64,000 nt of DNA, taken from NCBI RefSeq assembly GCF_006345805.1, contig NC_042998.1:134416001-134480000 (forward strand), given 5' to 3'. The position numbers and the translations under genes are program-made. The stretch comes from Octopus sinensis (lineage: Eukaryota). Positions 41,963-53,974 of this stretch are shown piece by piece. The notes beneath the pieces are model-generated. The model had not been told where the DNA came from, made no database searches, and worked only from the letters and a program-made list of their open reading frames with translations. How positions within the stretch are numbered: the first letter of the stretch is position 1; the number at the start of each line of letters is the position of its first letter.

Positions 41963-42055
41963 GCTGCATACATACACGTGTATACATACGAGCGTGCGCG
42001 CATGCACACACACACACACACACGCATATATTTGTGTGGAGAGAGGGAGAGAGAG

Positions 42056-42092
<37 letters not shown>

Positions 42093-42231
42093 AACAGACA
42101 GACAAACAAAGAGACAAAGAAAAAGGAGAGATAGGAATTTTTTAAAAACGGATAAATTTCATGCTTTCCTTATTTTTATGTATGAATTTATGTATTTTCA
42201 CAGTGTTGTTTCGTAATATTAAAGATATATA

Positions 42232-42579
42232 CCGTAAATTCCGGACTACAGAGTGCACCTGATTAAAAGCAGCATGCTCTAATTTTAGAAAGAAAATCAA
42301 TTTTGTACATGTACAGGCCGCACCGTATTTTAAGCTGAAGGTGTCCAACATTGTAATATGAGATATTTACACAGAAAGATATTACACGTGGGGATTTTTT
42401 AACTTTTAATTTAATCCGTATGGTGACATACACAAACACATATTGCAAATGCTTTTTTTCGAACAGTGCCTGTAACACGGCTATCTTTAAATATACGTAC
42501 GTATCAGTAACACACAAATTACGTTGCTTATGCTTTTTTACTGAACAGTGCACGAACAACATTCCTCCTAACCAACCGG

Positions 42580-42624
<45 letters not shown>

Positions 42625-44621
42625 CAATAAATGGTGGGGCTGTGTTGACCGCACGTGGAGAAATGATAGGCAAGGAAAAATTATAGTCGTCTGCCGCCTC
42701 GTCGGCGTTCGATTTCCGGGGCGCCGGCATCGGATGCCGTCGTCTTGATCCGTTTCCCGTCGGGCCGGTAGGCGCGCGGCGTCCGCAGGTCGCAGACGAG
42801 CGCCCCGCCACTGCCGCCGACTTCGCGGCTGGTCGGCGTCGGGATCCACGCGCTTCTCTCGACCGGGCCCGTCGCTCCACGAAAAGCGCAGGCACGGCTA
42901 ACCGACAGAGACGGGCAAACGCACCTCGCCCTCAGCAGAACTAATATATATATATATATTTTTTTTTTTTTTCCATACACCCATTTTCATTAAAATTTAC
43001 CTTTAATTTAGCATTCTGCCTTTTTATAATTTTTCCTTGCCTATATATATATATACATACACACACACAAACACTGCAGCCTACCAGGTCAAAAGTCATT
43101 GATCGCCTTCTTCATCTTCTTCCTGCGCACGGAAATAATCAAAGTCTTCTTCAGTGTCCGAATTGAACAGCTTCAGGATCTCGTCACTCACTTCAGCCTC
43201 TTCATTGTCACTCTCACTTGAGCGCACCCGGTCCTCTTCATCACGCAGCAGTCCAGCTTTTCGAAACCTGTTGGTGGTGGTGGGTGTTTTGACACGGCTC
43301 CACGCATTTAAGATCCACTGGCAGACTTGAGTGAAAGATGCTTTTCACATGCAGCCTGTTTTAGTGAAGGATTTCTCGCCGCTCATCATCCAATCCTCCC
43401 ACTCACGGCGCAGTGTCACTTTAAATGTCTGGTTCACGCTGATGTCCAGTGGCTGCAAATACTTAGTGGTACCCCCAGGAATCACAGCTGGAATTGAGTT
43501 TATACTATTGATGGCAGCTTTCACTGAATCTGTTATATGGGCCCTCATGCTGTCCATAACGACCAATGCTTTTTTTGTGTGTGTGTGAAAAAATCCCCCA
43601 GGTCGCTTGGCGTAGCACTCTCTAAGCTAATCCTTCATTAGGTTCTCCATCATCCAATCTTTCTTATTGACTTTCAGCAAGATTTCTTTTGAGAATTTAT
43701 CCTTTGGCATTGTCAGCCGCTTAAAAATCACCATCGGTGGAAGCTTTAGTCCGGATGCTGTGCAGCTTAGAACACAGGTAAAATGCGTTCTCTCGTGACC
43801 ACTTGTTTTCAGTGCGAAGGACGAGTCACCTTTTTTATTAAACAGTCCGAGTGAGAGGCAGGTCAAACGTCAAAGGTACTTCATCCGTATTTATGATATT
43901 TTCTAGTCCGATGGAATTCTCCGCTATCTTTATTTGAGTGAATGTGCGGAAGTTAACAAGTTTTTCCTCATAGACGGGGTGGGAGCTGCTGACACAAAGT
44001 CGTGCGTGCTTGGCGGACTAGATTTTCTTCTCATAAATATAAAACACCACGATGGCCCACCTCTAATATCTTCGATTTTCATTTCGGTGGTGATTGTTTT
44101 CGCCTTCAGTCTGATCTGCACAGTGGAAACACCGTAGCTGCTTGCTCTCCCTGTCTTCAAGAAAGTTTTCAAGTTCGGGTCATATACTATGGTTACCTCT
44201 GAAAACTTTCGTCGTCTTTTTGTTCTTCCTGCTGGCGTCTCCACCGTTTCACCATCGATTCATTTATGCCAAGTTTACGTGCAGCAGCTCGATTTCCTTC
44301 TTCAACCACCAGATTGATTGCCTTCAACTTAAAAGCTGCATCATATGCTTTTCTTCGAGTGTTTTCCATGTTGATGAGGGTGAATACAAATGACAGCTTT
44401 ACAATACCGGTAATTGGATTGTGAAAGTGCTCTTGATTTATCGCACAATTTCATTGGACCTCTTTGACCTACTCATCAATTTGATTGGTCTACTGTTGCG
44501 AGGCAAAAGGTTTTTCGCGGCATGACAAAAAAAAACGAACATGCATTAGCCGCACCATAGTATTAGCCGCAATGTTCAAAGTGTGGGGAAAAAGTAGCGG
44601 CTTATAGCCCAGAATTTACGG
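42232..44621 (-). mobile_element. Full-length pogo-superfamily DNA transposon (DD35D, Passer/POGK-like), 2390 bp, defective
   Basis: TIRs CCGTAAATTCCGGACTA and TAGCCCAGAATTTACGG, with TA at 42230-42231 and 44622-44623. Confidence 0.92.
43096..44369 (-). pseudogene. pogo transposase pseudogene (Brinker-like DBD, CENP-B HTH, DDE_1)
   Basis: MENTRRKAYDAAFKLKAI..., GGPSWCF.FMRR, NIINTDEVPLTFD and VMDSMRAH-(35 residues between the D's)-LQPLD; several stops and frameshifts. Confidence 0.9.
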
Positions 44622-45089
44622 TATATTATTAAAGCTACTAGCTTCAATAACATTTGAAAAATTAGAATTTCTTTTGTAAGTTAGTGTTAATAACATAAAT
44701 ATTATGCATAGCCTTTTATCGTTAAATCATATTCGCCCTCAAACCCTGGTTACCTCCTCTATTAACACCTGTTACCTCTTCTCTCTGCTTTGCTGCCACT
44801 AATAGATATGCTTTTATGTCTTGTTTGGATCGTTTTACGGTTAATAGGGAAGCTTCTTATTAATCTTTTTTTTTTTAATTTTATTTTATTTTATTGCATA
44901 TTCTTTTATAACACTCAACAAAGCGTTTGCTGGTGCGGGTGCACTTTTGTAAATGATAACTTCTCTTTGTAGCAGGATTATTTGGTAGTACCAAACAGCA
45001 GCTCACTGCTTGGGAATCGAACCTGAATCAATGTATTCACATGGACAAATAACACGATGTTGCTAAGGATTGATGACATCAACAAAAAA

Positions 45090-45330
45090 CTGAACAATCA
45101 GATCAACAGATCCAGCTGATGCTTAACTCATTAAAATCCGGTGTTGTAAACAATCACTTTTTGGGACAAACAACATATAGGATTGTCATTAATAATTTTG
45201 TCTTTGGCTTCCTTTTCTGAAACAGACAGTAGCTATATATAGTTTGCTTTTCTGCTAGTTCACCATTTTCCGTAAAACAGCCAAGACCACGGTGTAGGAA
45301 TTTACGGCACTCAAGTTCGGCTGCGGAATT
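45090..45330 (-). repeat. Old unclassified interspersed repeat, homologous to 55130-55340 in opposite orientation
   Basis: Shared blocks such as cagaaaagg..gc.aaagacaaa.tt.ttaatgaca and taatgagttaa.catc.gctggatct. Confidence 0.6.
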
Positions 45331-47027
45331 CGACGATGACAGCGATGAATTCAGCCCACACATGACAACTTCTATCATCATTCGAATCTGCCAGAACATC
45401 AGCACATTTCATTTAAGGTATTCGTAACCACTTTGAATGGGTGTGTTTGCAACCACCGAACGTGTCCGATTTGACATTAGTTCTTCAGGATTAATCTCTT
45501 TTCGACTTTTGTCTACATCAGCTTGTATAACATTTAAGAAATCGATTATTGTTGATTTCTATGCTGATTTAAAGGTCAAAAAATCCGAAAGTTTGTATTG
45601 TGTCCTTCCTTAGCTTATCTATAGTGTGCTCATTTGCGGGTTTCGAGCTATCACGTGATTAAAAATAGCAAGAGTGATTTTTTAAAAATTTAAGGTATCT
45701 AATATATACGACCCTATGAGAGCACAGATCTCTGTACTAGCGAATGATCCCATTCTTACGTTAAATGAACCAGCCGAAGAAAACAACTTGGCTCAGACTG
45801 CGTCCTGATCAAAAAGCAAAGTTTTCTGGCATGCATTATAATTTTTATTCGGCTATCACGTATGCTGTTTTAAATTTTCACAAAATTTAGTACCTCTTTT
45901 TAATGATTGTTTAGAGATCGATTAATAAAATATTTCCAATGTCAAACTGAATAAATCTAGCATTTCTTTTATTTGTAATACTAGTATCAAACCAACACAC
46001 TTTTCCATTGGAAAATGTTGATAGCTACTTTTATCTCATAAATTTTAGAATATTCTTGCGAGCGAGACAAATCTCAGACTTAGCTGGCCTTATTAACTTA
46101 TATTTAGGGTTTAAAAAAACAAGGTTCATCTTATGATTCTTGATGGTGATAAAGTCGTTACTTTTTTATGGTGCCTGTTCTGTCATTAATTTCCATCCTT
46201 ACTGCTATGTTTTTTTGTTTCTATAATTGTCATTATAAGCTATGAGCTGGCTCACAGATAATTTTGCGTAAGCCCTTTTCCAACTCATAACTGTATCTAG
46301 TTTTATTCGTAGAGTAGTAGGTCTTTTTTGGATTGTTTTAAAAAGTTTTAATGCCAGTCGTTAGCATATTTTAAAAGAGATTAAAGAATTTAACACTCGC
46401 TATCAAATCCAGAATATCCGATCGGAGTTTTTTTATGGTTTTTATTGTTTATTAGTATCTTCTTGACTATAAATGATCGTACACTGATACGCAGAATCAT
46501 CAGCGTATACTTACTATCTCTTACGCTCAACGATGCCCACTATATACTCAAACAGCCTTTGTGCATATTATTCATTCGATAGTGTTGGTATGTATTTTTC
46601 TCGAGTTGTTAAGGTTTAACAAATTCTTTATCAAAATACTATATGGAGAACGTTCTTCCGTGTAACTTGTATTTAAATATTTCAAGTTGTGGACAAAGCT
46701 TCTTAGATTACGATATGCAGAGTGTAATATGGGAGTAGAGTAAGTGATTGTGGTGTGAACGATGAAAGAGGACAACAGAAAAAAGGAGAATGGAAATATA
46801 ATCAGGCCTTACCTCGGCGAAGATTAGTCTACCGAAAACTCAGCGAAGTTTAGATCTCTCTCAGCCAGCTCGATACGTCTTGTGCTTTCTTCGTCTCAGC
46901 TGCAACTGCTCCCTCGTCGATGCCACACGTGCCTCGTCGCTCGCCGCTTCCGCTTCCTACCGCGCATGCGCCCTGCAAGCCCTACTTCCGCCCTCCCCTT
47001 TCTGTCATCCTCTCCACCGACACCACA

Positions 47028-47040
47028 CGCCCCCCCCCCT
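47028..47040 (-). promoter_or_regulatory. Polypurine tract of the LTR element
   Basis: Minus-strand AGGGGGGGGGGCG immediately before the 3' LTR. Confidence 0.88.
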
Positions 47041-49997
47041 GATCTACAGATCACTGAACCAGCTTTCTCACTCGCTCCGCGCTTCCAAACTCGCACCTTA
47101 ACTGGTTTCATAATCAGCCAACCAGGGAGGAGGGTGCCGTTTCCTCTGTGGTCGCAGTGCGACCCTAGGACTTGTTCTGGTATGTTGCTGCTGGCCTCAT
47201 CATCCTGTCTACTGGTGTTGTTTTCATCTTGCCCACTGCTGCTGGTCTCATCCTCTGAGGCATGGACAATCCTCCGTATATCCAAAACGTGGCGTGGCAT
47301 ACCATCGACCGAGATGTTATTCTTTGAATTTACAGAGGTTATTGTCCTCTTTCTCCATTATGATGTACACCGTGCGTTTGGGGGTTTTACCCAGACTTCC
47401 TCCCCGACCTGCACGAAGGCGTGCTCTTCCTCTGCTCCGGGTCGCATTGATGTAGTACACGGATGCCTCCACTCGTACCTGAATATTGCCCTGTGTGGCA
47501 CCGACTCCTCAGCCTGTCCTAATCTGGGCGACATATTGTACCAAAACACGGCCTCGATTGGTGAAATGTGACCCCTCTCTGCCATGGCCTTGATGGTACG
47601 ATGATGCCTTTCCACCACCCCATTTCCACTTGGCCGGTATGCCGCCCTGAAGAAGCGGTTGACCTTCCACTCATCAAGCATTTCTTTCAGCACATCCGAG
47701 CGAAATGCAGTGCCATTGTCCAGAAGCAGTTCATCCACGGGGCCTCGTTCCAGGAATATCTCATTCAACACTTTCACAATTTCTTCTGCAGTCCCCGTCT
47801 TCATCTCCCTCCATATGGCCAACCGCCCCGGTCCGCAGTCAACCATTGAGAGGTATGTCCCCTGCCGGTAGTGTGTTATGTCCACCGCCAGTCGTTTCCA
47901 GTCCTGGTCCACTGGAATACTTCCCGCTTCATGTACGACCGGAGCAGGGTCGATGGACTGGCACCTGTCACAACTGCTAACCACTCTCTGCACGCTCTGT
48001 CTTGTTGCGTCGGAGTCAACTTTTCTGGCTAGGAACAATGTCCTGTCCACACCCATGTGATGCATGGTGTGCAGTCTCCGCAACTCCGAGTCGCTCAGAC
48101 GGCATACTGCAGCTACAGCCTGCTTCGCATCCTCTGGCACCTGCAACCAGGCTCGCTTTACCCTGGTCAGGACGTCTGCCCTGTTCTTCTTGGAAGGCAC
48201 AAAGATCACGCTCAGCTTCAGATTGAACTCAGTGGTTAGTTCACGCAGTATTCCCAATCGGCGCTTTACCAGCATCTCTGCTGCCCCTTTGGTCCGCACC
48301 CTCCGCTCATCGGTGATGACTGCTGTCGCCCAACCAAGTACAGTGGCCGAATCAGTCCTGATTTCTATGGTGTGCAACCCCCACTTCAAGGCTAGGTTCA
48401 CCCCCTTCAACACGGCATCCAACTCCGCCACGTTGATATGATTGCAGTCATCCGTCTTCCTGAGCCAGGCTGCATCTTCCACCATGACACCTCCCACTTC
48501 TAAGACAACCCCTATTGCGATGCTACTGGCGTCACACCATACGATCCCGCTCTTTGATTTGGGAACATACCAGCTGCCCCTCACTGGGTCCTCTGCTCCT
48601 ACTCTGACCAAGACTTCCTGCATCATGTCGATCGTCCTCTCCCCCACTCTATCATTCCACTTCACTCCTTCGGCTCGTCTCTTGATGAAGCTACATGCTG
48701 TTCGGAGCCAACCTGCAATCAGGTAATGTCCCACCAGCTTCCCATACACAGAGAACAGTTCCCGTCTACTTAAGCTGGCGCCCAGTTCAGGGACCTCATT
48801 CCCTCGCCGGAACACCAACGCGCCGGCCTTGTCTCTCTATAGCTTGAGGCCCAGTGCAGCACCTCCCGCCATTGCCTCTGGCGGCTTGGCGATCAGTCCA
48901 AAACTCTTCAGGTGGCCTGTGACCTCCGTTGCTGGTATCACGGTTTCATCCACCAAATGTCATCGATGTACGAATTGGTGGCCCTTTTTACCCTGTCCAC
49001 CTTCCCCAGGATGGCCTTGAGAATTGTTGCCATAATCTTTGGCGCTGAATTCAGCCCGAATCCCAACCTGGTCAGACAGTACGTCCGGCCCTTACACCTG
49101 ACGAGCTGGTACTTCCATAATTTCTCAGCCACATGCACCTGTAGGTATGCCGACTTCAAATCAACAATCGTGGAGGCCCCCGTCATCTGCCTCCACTCTC
49201 GCAAGCTGTCTCCGCAGACAGCCGTGGCCTCGCCGCCTGTATGACACGACACGTGGTCATTCAGCTCTCGGAAGTCAAGCACTGGCCTGACCTTATGCTT
49301 TGTGGGCTGTATCACCGCCATCAGTGGCAGGACTCCGCTCTCTTCTTTTTTTCCAAGGGATCAATATGCCCTCCTTAATCCACCGTTCCACCTCCCCCTC
49401 GAACTCACTTCTGGCATCTCCTTTTAGAGTATGCTGATAGCAGCCCACTTTATTCTTTAACATCGGGGGCTCTCCCTTCCAGTGCCACTCCACTGTCCAC
49501 CTCTTGCCATCAAAGACAGCCCGAAAATCCTGGTCTTCAATGGTGTGCGCAGCATCCTTTTCCTCACGGTTGTCGCCGGTGCATGGTCTCGCCCTACACG
49601 GTTTCCCCGCTAACCCAAACGTTACACCAGTCTCGTTAACGGTGACACCTCCCAAGTGGGTGATTACATCCATCCCCATCACCACGTCAATCTCGTCCAC
49701 CAAGTGACCAACCACAATCGCTCGCAACGTCAGCTATAGTCCCTGCACTGCAATCTGCGCATCTGTAACCCCTCCGCAGTGTACTTCTCTTCCGTCGACA
49801 GCCCTAACACTGCTTCCTCCACTCCACGTCTCTGCCACTTCTGTAGTCATCAGGGTCGTTGTACAGCCCGTGTCCACAAGGGCTCGCGACATCTTCCCCT
49901 CCACCAGAATGTCGACCACAGGTAGCGATGATAAGCGCGCCTCTACTAATCCAAAGGGACGACTAATGGCGCAGTAGTCTCCCGCAGTCCGTTTCCC
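47040..49997 (-). pseudogene. pol: pol (protease, RT, RNase H, integrase), interrupted
   Basis: Motifs ALVDTG, VDLKSAY, GFGLNSAP, YIDDI, WCDAS/AELDA/IRTDS, HHCC zinc finger and LAVD/LLDNG/VVER. Lesions are TAG at 49734, frameshifts near 49345 and 48955, TAG near 48840 and TAA at 47358. Confidence 0.93.
49937..49997 (-). promoter_or_regulatory. Predicted -1 ribosomal frameshift signal (G GGA AAC plus H-type pseudoknot)
   Basis: The heptamer is in gag phase, followed by a 7-nt spacer, stem 1 GGGAGACUA/UAGUC(G)UCCC and stem 2 GCGCC/GGCGC. The -1 frame leads into the protease. Confidence 0.8.
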
Positions 49998-50698
49998 CGC
50001 AGACACTCGCTGGCTATATGCCCCGGCTCTCGACACCGGTAGCAAATCACCTCAGGCTTGGGTGACACGCAGTCACGCACCATGTGTGGACCTTGGCACC
50101 GGAAACACTGTCCTTTAAACGGTCGCACATGTTCTTTCTTTAGCCCCTCTCCGCTGCTCCTAGCTGGGCCACTTTTCGACGTTGCAGTCGCTGCTACCGA
50201 CGTCATCCTGCTGCACGAAACTAGTACGCGCGCCCGACATATGATGTCCGCCATCGGCATCGAATGCACATTCGGAAGCTTCTGTAGCTCGACCGACATG
50301 TCGGGAAAGCCAGTCACGAACGCCCACCTAACCGTCCGGTCCAGCGAATCTCCCTCGTAACCCGCCAGTCTAGCCAGTCTTCTAAGTTCATTGGCAAACA
50401 CGTCCACCTGTTGCCCAGTCCATCTCATTCTAACCAGGCGAGCGTATGCCTCGAACATTCCCTCCGCAAAGGCCTCCATCAATCGGATTTCTACTTTCTC
50501 CGCGCTGAGTTGGTCCGTCTCCTCCATCTCTAAATACAACGCCAACGCCGGGCCATCCAAGTACAGCGGCATGAAGCTCGCCAGGTCACCTATACCATGG
50601 AGCTTCGCCACCAACTTCACTTTCTTCAACCAAGCGACCACATCTGTGTCGCCGCAAAACGGTGTTATAAGTTCGTGCGAAACCCGAGCTCTCTGCAT
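49946..50698 (-). CDS. gag: gag of the LTR retrotransposon (250 aa, intact)
   Basis: Open frame with two C-terminal zinc knuckles, CFRCQGPHMVRDC and CYRCREPGHIASEC. Confidence 0.9.
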   Translation of the reverse strand: MQRARVSHELITPFCGDTDVVAWLKKVKLVAKLHGIGDLASFMPLYLDGPALALYLEMEETDQLSAEKVEIRLMEAFAEGMFEAYARLVRMRWTGQQVDVFANELRRLARLAGYEGDSLDRTVRWAFVTGFPDMSVELQKLPNVHSMPMADIICRARVLVSCSRMTSVAATATSKSGPARSSGEGLKKEHVRPFKGQCFRCQGPHMVRDCVSPKPEVICYRCREPGHIASECLRGNGLRETTAPLVVPLD

Positions 50699-50729
50699 TA
50701 TTTTTATTTATAAAACCGATTGTTTATAT

Positions 50730-50741
50730 GCCGAAATAGCT
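50730..50741 (-). promoter_or_regulatory. Atypical primer-binding site complementary to tRNA-Phe nt 1-12
   Basis: Element-sense AGCTATTTCGGC abuts the 5' LTR. Its complement GCCGAAATAGCT is the 5' end of the human/Drosophila-type cytosolic tRNA-Phe(GAA), recalled from memory. Confidence 0.75.
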
Positions 50742-53240
50742 TGTGGTGTGAACGATGAAAGAGGACAACAGAAAAAAGGAGAATGGAAATATAATCAGGC
50801 CTAACCTCGGCGAAGATTAGTCTACCGAAAACTCAGCGAAGTTCAGATCTCTCTCAGCCAGCTCGATACGTCTTGTGCCTTCTTCATCTCAGCTGCAACT
50901 GCTCCCTCGTCGATGCCACACGTTCCTCGTCGCTCGCCGCTTCCGCTTCCTACCGCGCATGCGCCCTGCAAGCCCTACTTCCGCCCTCCCCTTTCTGTCA
51001 TCCTCTCCACCGACACCACAGTGATCAAACTCGTTTCATAAAACAAAAGGAGTGTAAGAATTAGCACTTCCTTCTCTAAGCCTAGATTCGAAACCGAATC
51101 CAAGAATCCTCGGTCGCCCAAACCACGACAATCAACAGGCGCGAAAAAAGGTTTGCTTTGTTCTGTCAAAAAATGATTGATCATCTCCCTTTGACCTGCG
51201 ACCTCAGCCATGTCAGGCGAAGTTCAACTGGACAAGCGCTGACCTACTAAGGTACTAACTCTGCTGCAGTATGTCTGTTTTTCTAGCTGCCACAAATATT
51301 ATAAATACAAGGGTGAAACAGAAAGGCAAGCAGAGACAATCGCAGCAGAGACGGGAGCAGACACATGAGATAGATCTATCTACGACCCAAGTTTTTGGCA
51401 GACGACAGAGACAGAGAGAAATGCTCGAAGCGCCAATCGGCTACTGTTTCGAATGAAACACGCACACACACACACTCACACACAAACACATTCATTTCAA
51501 ATATGTACTCTATTCAAGCAACTCGTAGCAGTTGCCTGCATTTTGTATGTAGTGACCAATCACTAAACTAACACTGTAAATAAATTATTTTTAATCATAA
51601 ATCGGTTTATGTATTTGTTTACATACACACTTAACCACTACATGAGCATTCAATACAACGAATATAGAGCTGATATTTGAAACCTGTAAAAAAAGCCAGC
51701 TCATGTTACTAGTACTTTCAAAATCATTCAATAGCACACATAATGATTCAGTTCATGTGAGATATCAATATGAGAAATTATTGTCTTTAGGCTGCAGTGG
51801 AATGGCAGAAATTCTAACCCACAGGGCATTATTTCGTCCAGTGTTTTGTTTTGTCCCTCCGCATTCAAATCTTACTGGTATCAACTTTTCATTGTCTCTC
51901 TGTGGAGAAGATACAATAAATATTAGTCAAACACTGCTAAATTTAGTTTTGCGTCATAAATAAATAAAAATATTATTGCGTCACTGAAGACTTGGACTTT
52001 TAATTTCATTGCAATACAATGTTGACAATAACATCTGTTACTTCCTCGTGTTTTCGTTTAATTGCAGTTAGTCATCATTGAATAAAATCGGTTGTTGATT
52101 TTCTCCGAAATATGAACAATACAATACGTGTTGGAAGTGTCAAATGGTGTAATTATTAGATCAATGACTATAGTTTGTGCCCTCTTTTTTCCGCTATTGT
52201 ATTGGTCTGCAAAATAGGCAATCACGAGTGTAAGATTAGCTTAAAAATCAAACAGTCGTCATGTAAGTAACGATAAATTGAATAAATAAAAATTAAGTGA
52301 GATGATAGAAAGGATTAAAAAAAGGGTCAATGACCTCATAAGTATAATATAGTTTGACTAGGATCGTAAATCATTTGATAAATTTTTACTTGAAAAATAA
52401 CAAATAGTTATTGCCCACCATAATTAAAATTTTGTTTCGGTCCATTTGAGTATTGTTTAAATTCTTATTTCCTTTTACAAACTAAGAGAGAGACTTCACT
52501 TAAGACTATTTTGGTGGGGTTTCTAGATTCAGCCCGTTTCCCATTAACATAATTATCTAAATTTGTGCCATTTGCCCATTTGAGCTATTTCCTTTCATTT
52601 ATTTCATTATGAATTATGTTAATTACATTAGCTATAATTCGTAATTCTTTTTCTAAATATAGAAATTCTATCAAATGATCAACAGGCTTGGTTTAGGCTT
52701 TTTTTTTTTAATGATGATACAGTTTTATAGACTTGAAAATATCCATAGTAATCCCTTCCGTGTGCGCGTAAATACACTTGAGAGATAAATTCTTAATTCT
52801 GAAAATTATCTTCCCTTATATTTTAATAGTTAACAATTACAGTTAGGATTTTGTTTTCTTTCTCCAACAAATGAGAAATTGCAATTATTTAAGAATTTTT
52901 TGCTTACGTCATTTATTTCATTACCTTTTATCTAATTACTCACTTAGTAATTTTGTCTTACTACAAAATAATATTGACTTTTGATTACACTGAAACAATT
53001 TTTTTAAAATATAAAAGAAATGTGATTTTGAAAAAGAGATTTTTGTTCCATATCTATTTACAAGTATACACGTGTTGTCAATAATGACGATAAATATGTT
53101 TATTGTACTTAAATGCATTGAAAATGATAATGAAACAGTTAAACTACTGTTAATTGCATGTTATAATATATTTTGCATTGATTATTTTAGAATTTCGTAG
53201 TTTTTTAATGTTTATATTGAACTCTTATTCCTCATCTTTC

Positions 53241-53349
<109 letters not shown>

Positions 53350-53511
53350 GCATAATTCATTGAACAAGCTGACTTTCTCTTTTTCTTCTTTGGAAAATAA
53401 CGAATTCATAACATATTTAGTTATTTATCTTTGGATATTATATTTGTTTTTAATTTCCAGTTCATTAAAATGTTAATTTATTGCATGAAATTCAATGTAT
53501 AATTCCATAAA

Positions 53512-53639
53512 TCAGGTACGGTCCCAGAAATTTTTCGAAGGAAGGGCACAAGGTCAGAAGGGAATACAATTCCAAGAGAAAATGGCGCACTTCTTTTCTG
53601 CACTTCTTTTCTTGAGAGGGGCACTTGGATCCGCCCCTG
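53512..53639. mobile_element. MITE with CAGGGGCGGATCC-type TIR
   Basis: CAGGTACGGTCCC at the left end and GGATCCGCCCCTG at the right end. Confidence 0.5.
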
Positions 53640-53974
53640 TAAATGGCTAATATTTTGACGTTAAACTGATGCTATTTTCCCGTGCCCTTTGCTACATATG
53701 TGTGTGTGTATAAATAATAAAATAATATATATATGCATATATACATACGTATACGTACATACTTACAAGTATACGTATATACATACGTATATGTGGGCAC
53801 AGGACGTCACAAAACATAAACAACAAAAAATGCGAAGTACGAGGACATGGAATAAGGACGTTTTTTTTGCAAGCAACGAAAGAAACAAATGGAAAACATG
53901 ACAAGCAACACAAAGAACGACCTTTCATCAGTTGTCGGCTGTTTTCCTAATCCGTATTTCGAGAAATTCACAAG

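Larger units (their letters stand above)
46749..51020 (-). mobile_element. Complete LTR retrotransposon (gypsy domain order PR-RT-RH-IN), 4272 bp, pol defective
   Basis: Two 279-bp LTRs (46749-47027, 50742-51020) with 5 differences, TGTGGTGT...ACACCACA termini and a 5-bp TSD GTGAT (46744-46748, 51021-51025). Confidence 0.97.

Noticed and set aside
42263-42980. Arg/Ala-rich minus ORFs (210, 93 and 99 aa)
   Set aside because: By-products of the GC block; they run through (TA)n repeats and start at non-ATG or microsatellite positions.
46882-50360. Numerous plus-strand ORFs within the LTR element
   Set aside because: Antisense to GC-rich gag/pol, with no recognisable motifs.
51190-51260. Clustered TGACCT half-sites near the LTR insertion
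   Set aside because: Short motifs expected by chance, with no independent support for a promoter.
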